IMG/VR virus record: IMGVR_UViG_2563366939_000005
Direction: 5' to 3' (one strand)
Origin: a virus
Taxonomy: Duplodnaviria > Heunggongvirae > Uroviricota > Caudoviricetes
Length of the DNA stretch: 5,932 nucleotides
The position numbers and the translations under genes were made by a program. The notes under the pieces were generated by a model that was not told the DNA's origin, ran no database searches, and worked only from the letters and a program-made list of their open reading frames with translations. Shown here piece after piece: positions 4,757 to 5,932 of the stretch. Numbering within the stretch: position 1 is the first letter of the stretch; each line of letters begins with the position of its first letter.

Positions 4757-5932
4757 TTACCAGTCGGCGTAAGGTATCAGCGGCTGCGGCGGTAAATCCA
4801 TGTCGCCCTGCCATCCGGCGGCGGAATACCGCACGTAGAGCAGGAAATGGCTGGGTGCGTAATCTTTCGCCTGCTGGATATCAATTGCCGTGCCGACAAA
4901 CCAGTTGGACGTGACGCGACGCTCAAGTAACGCCCGCGCCGTGTAGCCAAAGCCCTGACTGCTGCCGCCGGCGTTGGTCTGGCTGGCGGCATCCTCTTTC
5001 CAGTCCGTCGGGATCAGGTTCATCAGCGGATAACGCGGCATGGTTTTGGTGCGTGAATGCGACCACGAGCCAGACGCGCCCAGCTCCCACGACCAGTTTT
5101 CCGTCCGCTCCCGCCACATCACCGGTATGGCAAACGACAGGTATTCCTGCGGGCTGTAGTAACCGCCCTGACCGAGTGAGTAGCCACTCAGGTCTTTGTC
5201 GTAATGCCAGATCATGTTGTTCAGGCCGATTGTGACGCGGCGATTGTTCTGGTTGATGACCTTATAGTAATAGCCCGTCATCCAGCGCACGCGCCAGTTA
5301 TCTTCGACATTTTTACCGGTTAACTGGTCGCCGCTAAGCGATGCCCAGACGCCGTTCGCTTCACCTTTATCGTAGCTCAGACTTAGCCCCACGCCATCGG
5401 CACGCACACCGCCCCATTTTTTCCCGGTATTACCCGGGGAGTCTTTCTGTCCGCCGAAGGCCAGCAAGGAACTGGAGATGGGGCGACGATGGGCGTTAAC
5501 GGTGTAACCAAGCGGCCCGATATCGTCGCTGTAACTGATGCCGCCGACCACATCCACCACGTTGAAGCCCATCGGCGTGGTGCCGATATCCCAGCTCCAG
5601 ACGTCATTTCGCCAGCCGACCGCCACGCTGGCGCCGGAATCTGACTGGCTGCGGTTGCCGCTACAGTCCTGCAACGTACAGGTGCCCCAGTTGTTATCCC
5701 ATTTACCCTCAGCGTCGGCGGAAAAACTGCCGACGTTCATATTGACGAAATCACTGCGAAAGAACATCCGTCCGTCAGAATACGGTGCATCCACCTGCAA
5801 CATGGTGGTGTGCGCTTTCAGGTCGGAGTAACCACCGGTGCCGCTCGAGCCCCAGTAGTCGTGCTCAAGGGTGACGTTAAGATCCTGCTGGCGATAGAGA
5901 TCTGCCGCATCGCTGCGCACGCCGCGCTTCAG
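4757..5932 (-). CDS. Outer-membrane beta-barrel protein, C-terminal portion (resembles the BcsC-type polysaccharide exporter barrel); 5' end beyond window
   Basis: The frame is open from 5932 to the TAA at 4757..4759; the ORF track M at 5920 is a GTG inside a longer frame. Gly/Ser/aromatic-rich, barrel-like sequence ending in an aromatic residue (…PLIPYADW), typical of an OMP beta-signal. GC about 60-65% in the sampled 4757..4816. The BcsC assignment is from memory and tentative. Confidence 0.75.
   Translation of the reverse strand: MKRGVRSDAADLYRQQDLNVTLEHDYWGSSGTGGYSDLKAHTTMLQVDAPYSDGRMFFRSDFVNMNVGSFSADAEGKWDNNWGTCTLQDCSGNRSQSDSGASVAVGWRNDVWSWDIGTTPMGFNVVDVVGGISYSDDIGPLGYTVNAHRRPISSSLLAFGGQKDSPGNTGKKWGGVRADGVGLSLSYDKGEANGVWASLSGDQLTGKNVEDNWRVRWMTGYYYKVINQNNRRVTIGLNNMIWHYDKDLSGYSLGQGGYYSPQEYLSFAIPVMWRERTENWSWELGASGSWSHSRTKTMPRYPLMNLIPTDWKEDAASQTNAGGSSQGFGYTARALLERRVTSNWFVGTAIDIQQAKDYAPSHFLLYVRYSAAGWQGDMDLPPQPLIPYADW

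Noticed and set aside
4777-5831. Five overlapping ORFs on both strands (4777..4992, 4923..5117, 5053..5235, 5383..5607, 5538..5831)
   Set aside because: All lie within the GC-rich OMP gene in alternative frames; Pro/Arg/Ala-rich translations are typical of out-of-frame reading of high-GC DNA.
1-5932. CRISPR arrays, tandem repeats, IS elements or terminal inverted repeats
   Set aside because: No regularly spaced direct repeats, transposase ORFs or long inverted-repeat pairs were seen. The only repeats are the short operator-like repeat in the switch region and the terminator palindromes.

Overview
The window holds the immunity/early end of a P2-family temperate prophage (about 1..3824) followed by chromosomal pflA and a convergent outer-membrane protein gene fragment. 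On the minus strand the prophage carries a coupled early operon: cox, a small basic ORF, replication gene B, an orf80-like ORF, two small AT-poor-GC ORFs of unknown function, a TraR/DksA-type zinc-finger gene and the start of a further early gene running off the window. On the plus strand it carries the C-type immunity repressor and a tyrosine integrase whose stop codon lies only 31 bp before the pflA open reading frame. The most notable points are (1) the two translationally coupled unknown ORFs at 439..977, the first only about 35% GC by hand count, a candidate accessory (moron) module; (2) the pflA start region, where a well-placed Shine-Dalgarno sequence points at a codon that reads AAG, so the only in-frame ATG is 19 codons upstream; and (3) a GC-rich outer-membrane barrel gene downstream of pflA. 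All family assignments rest on reading the translations and on recalled P2 and E. coli sequences; no searches were run. No tRNA, rRNA, CRISPR array or IS element was seen.
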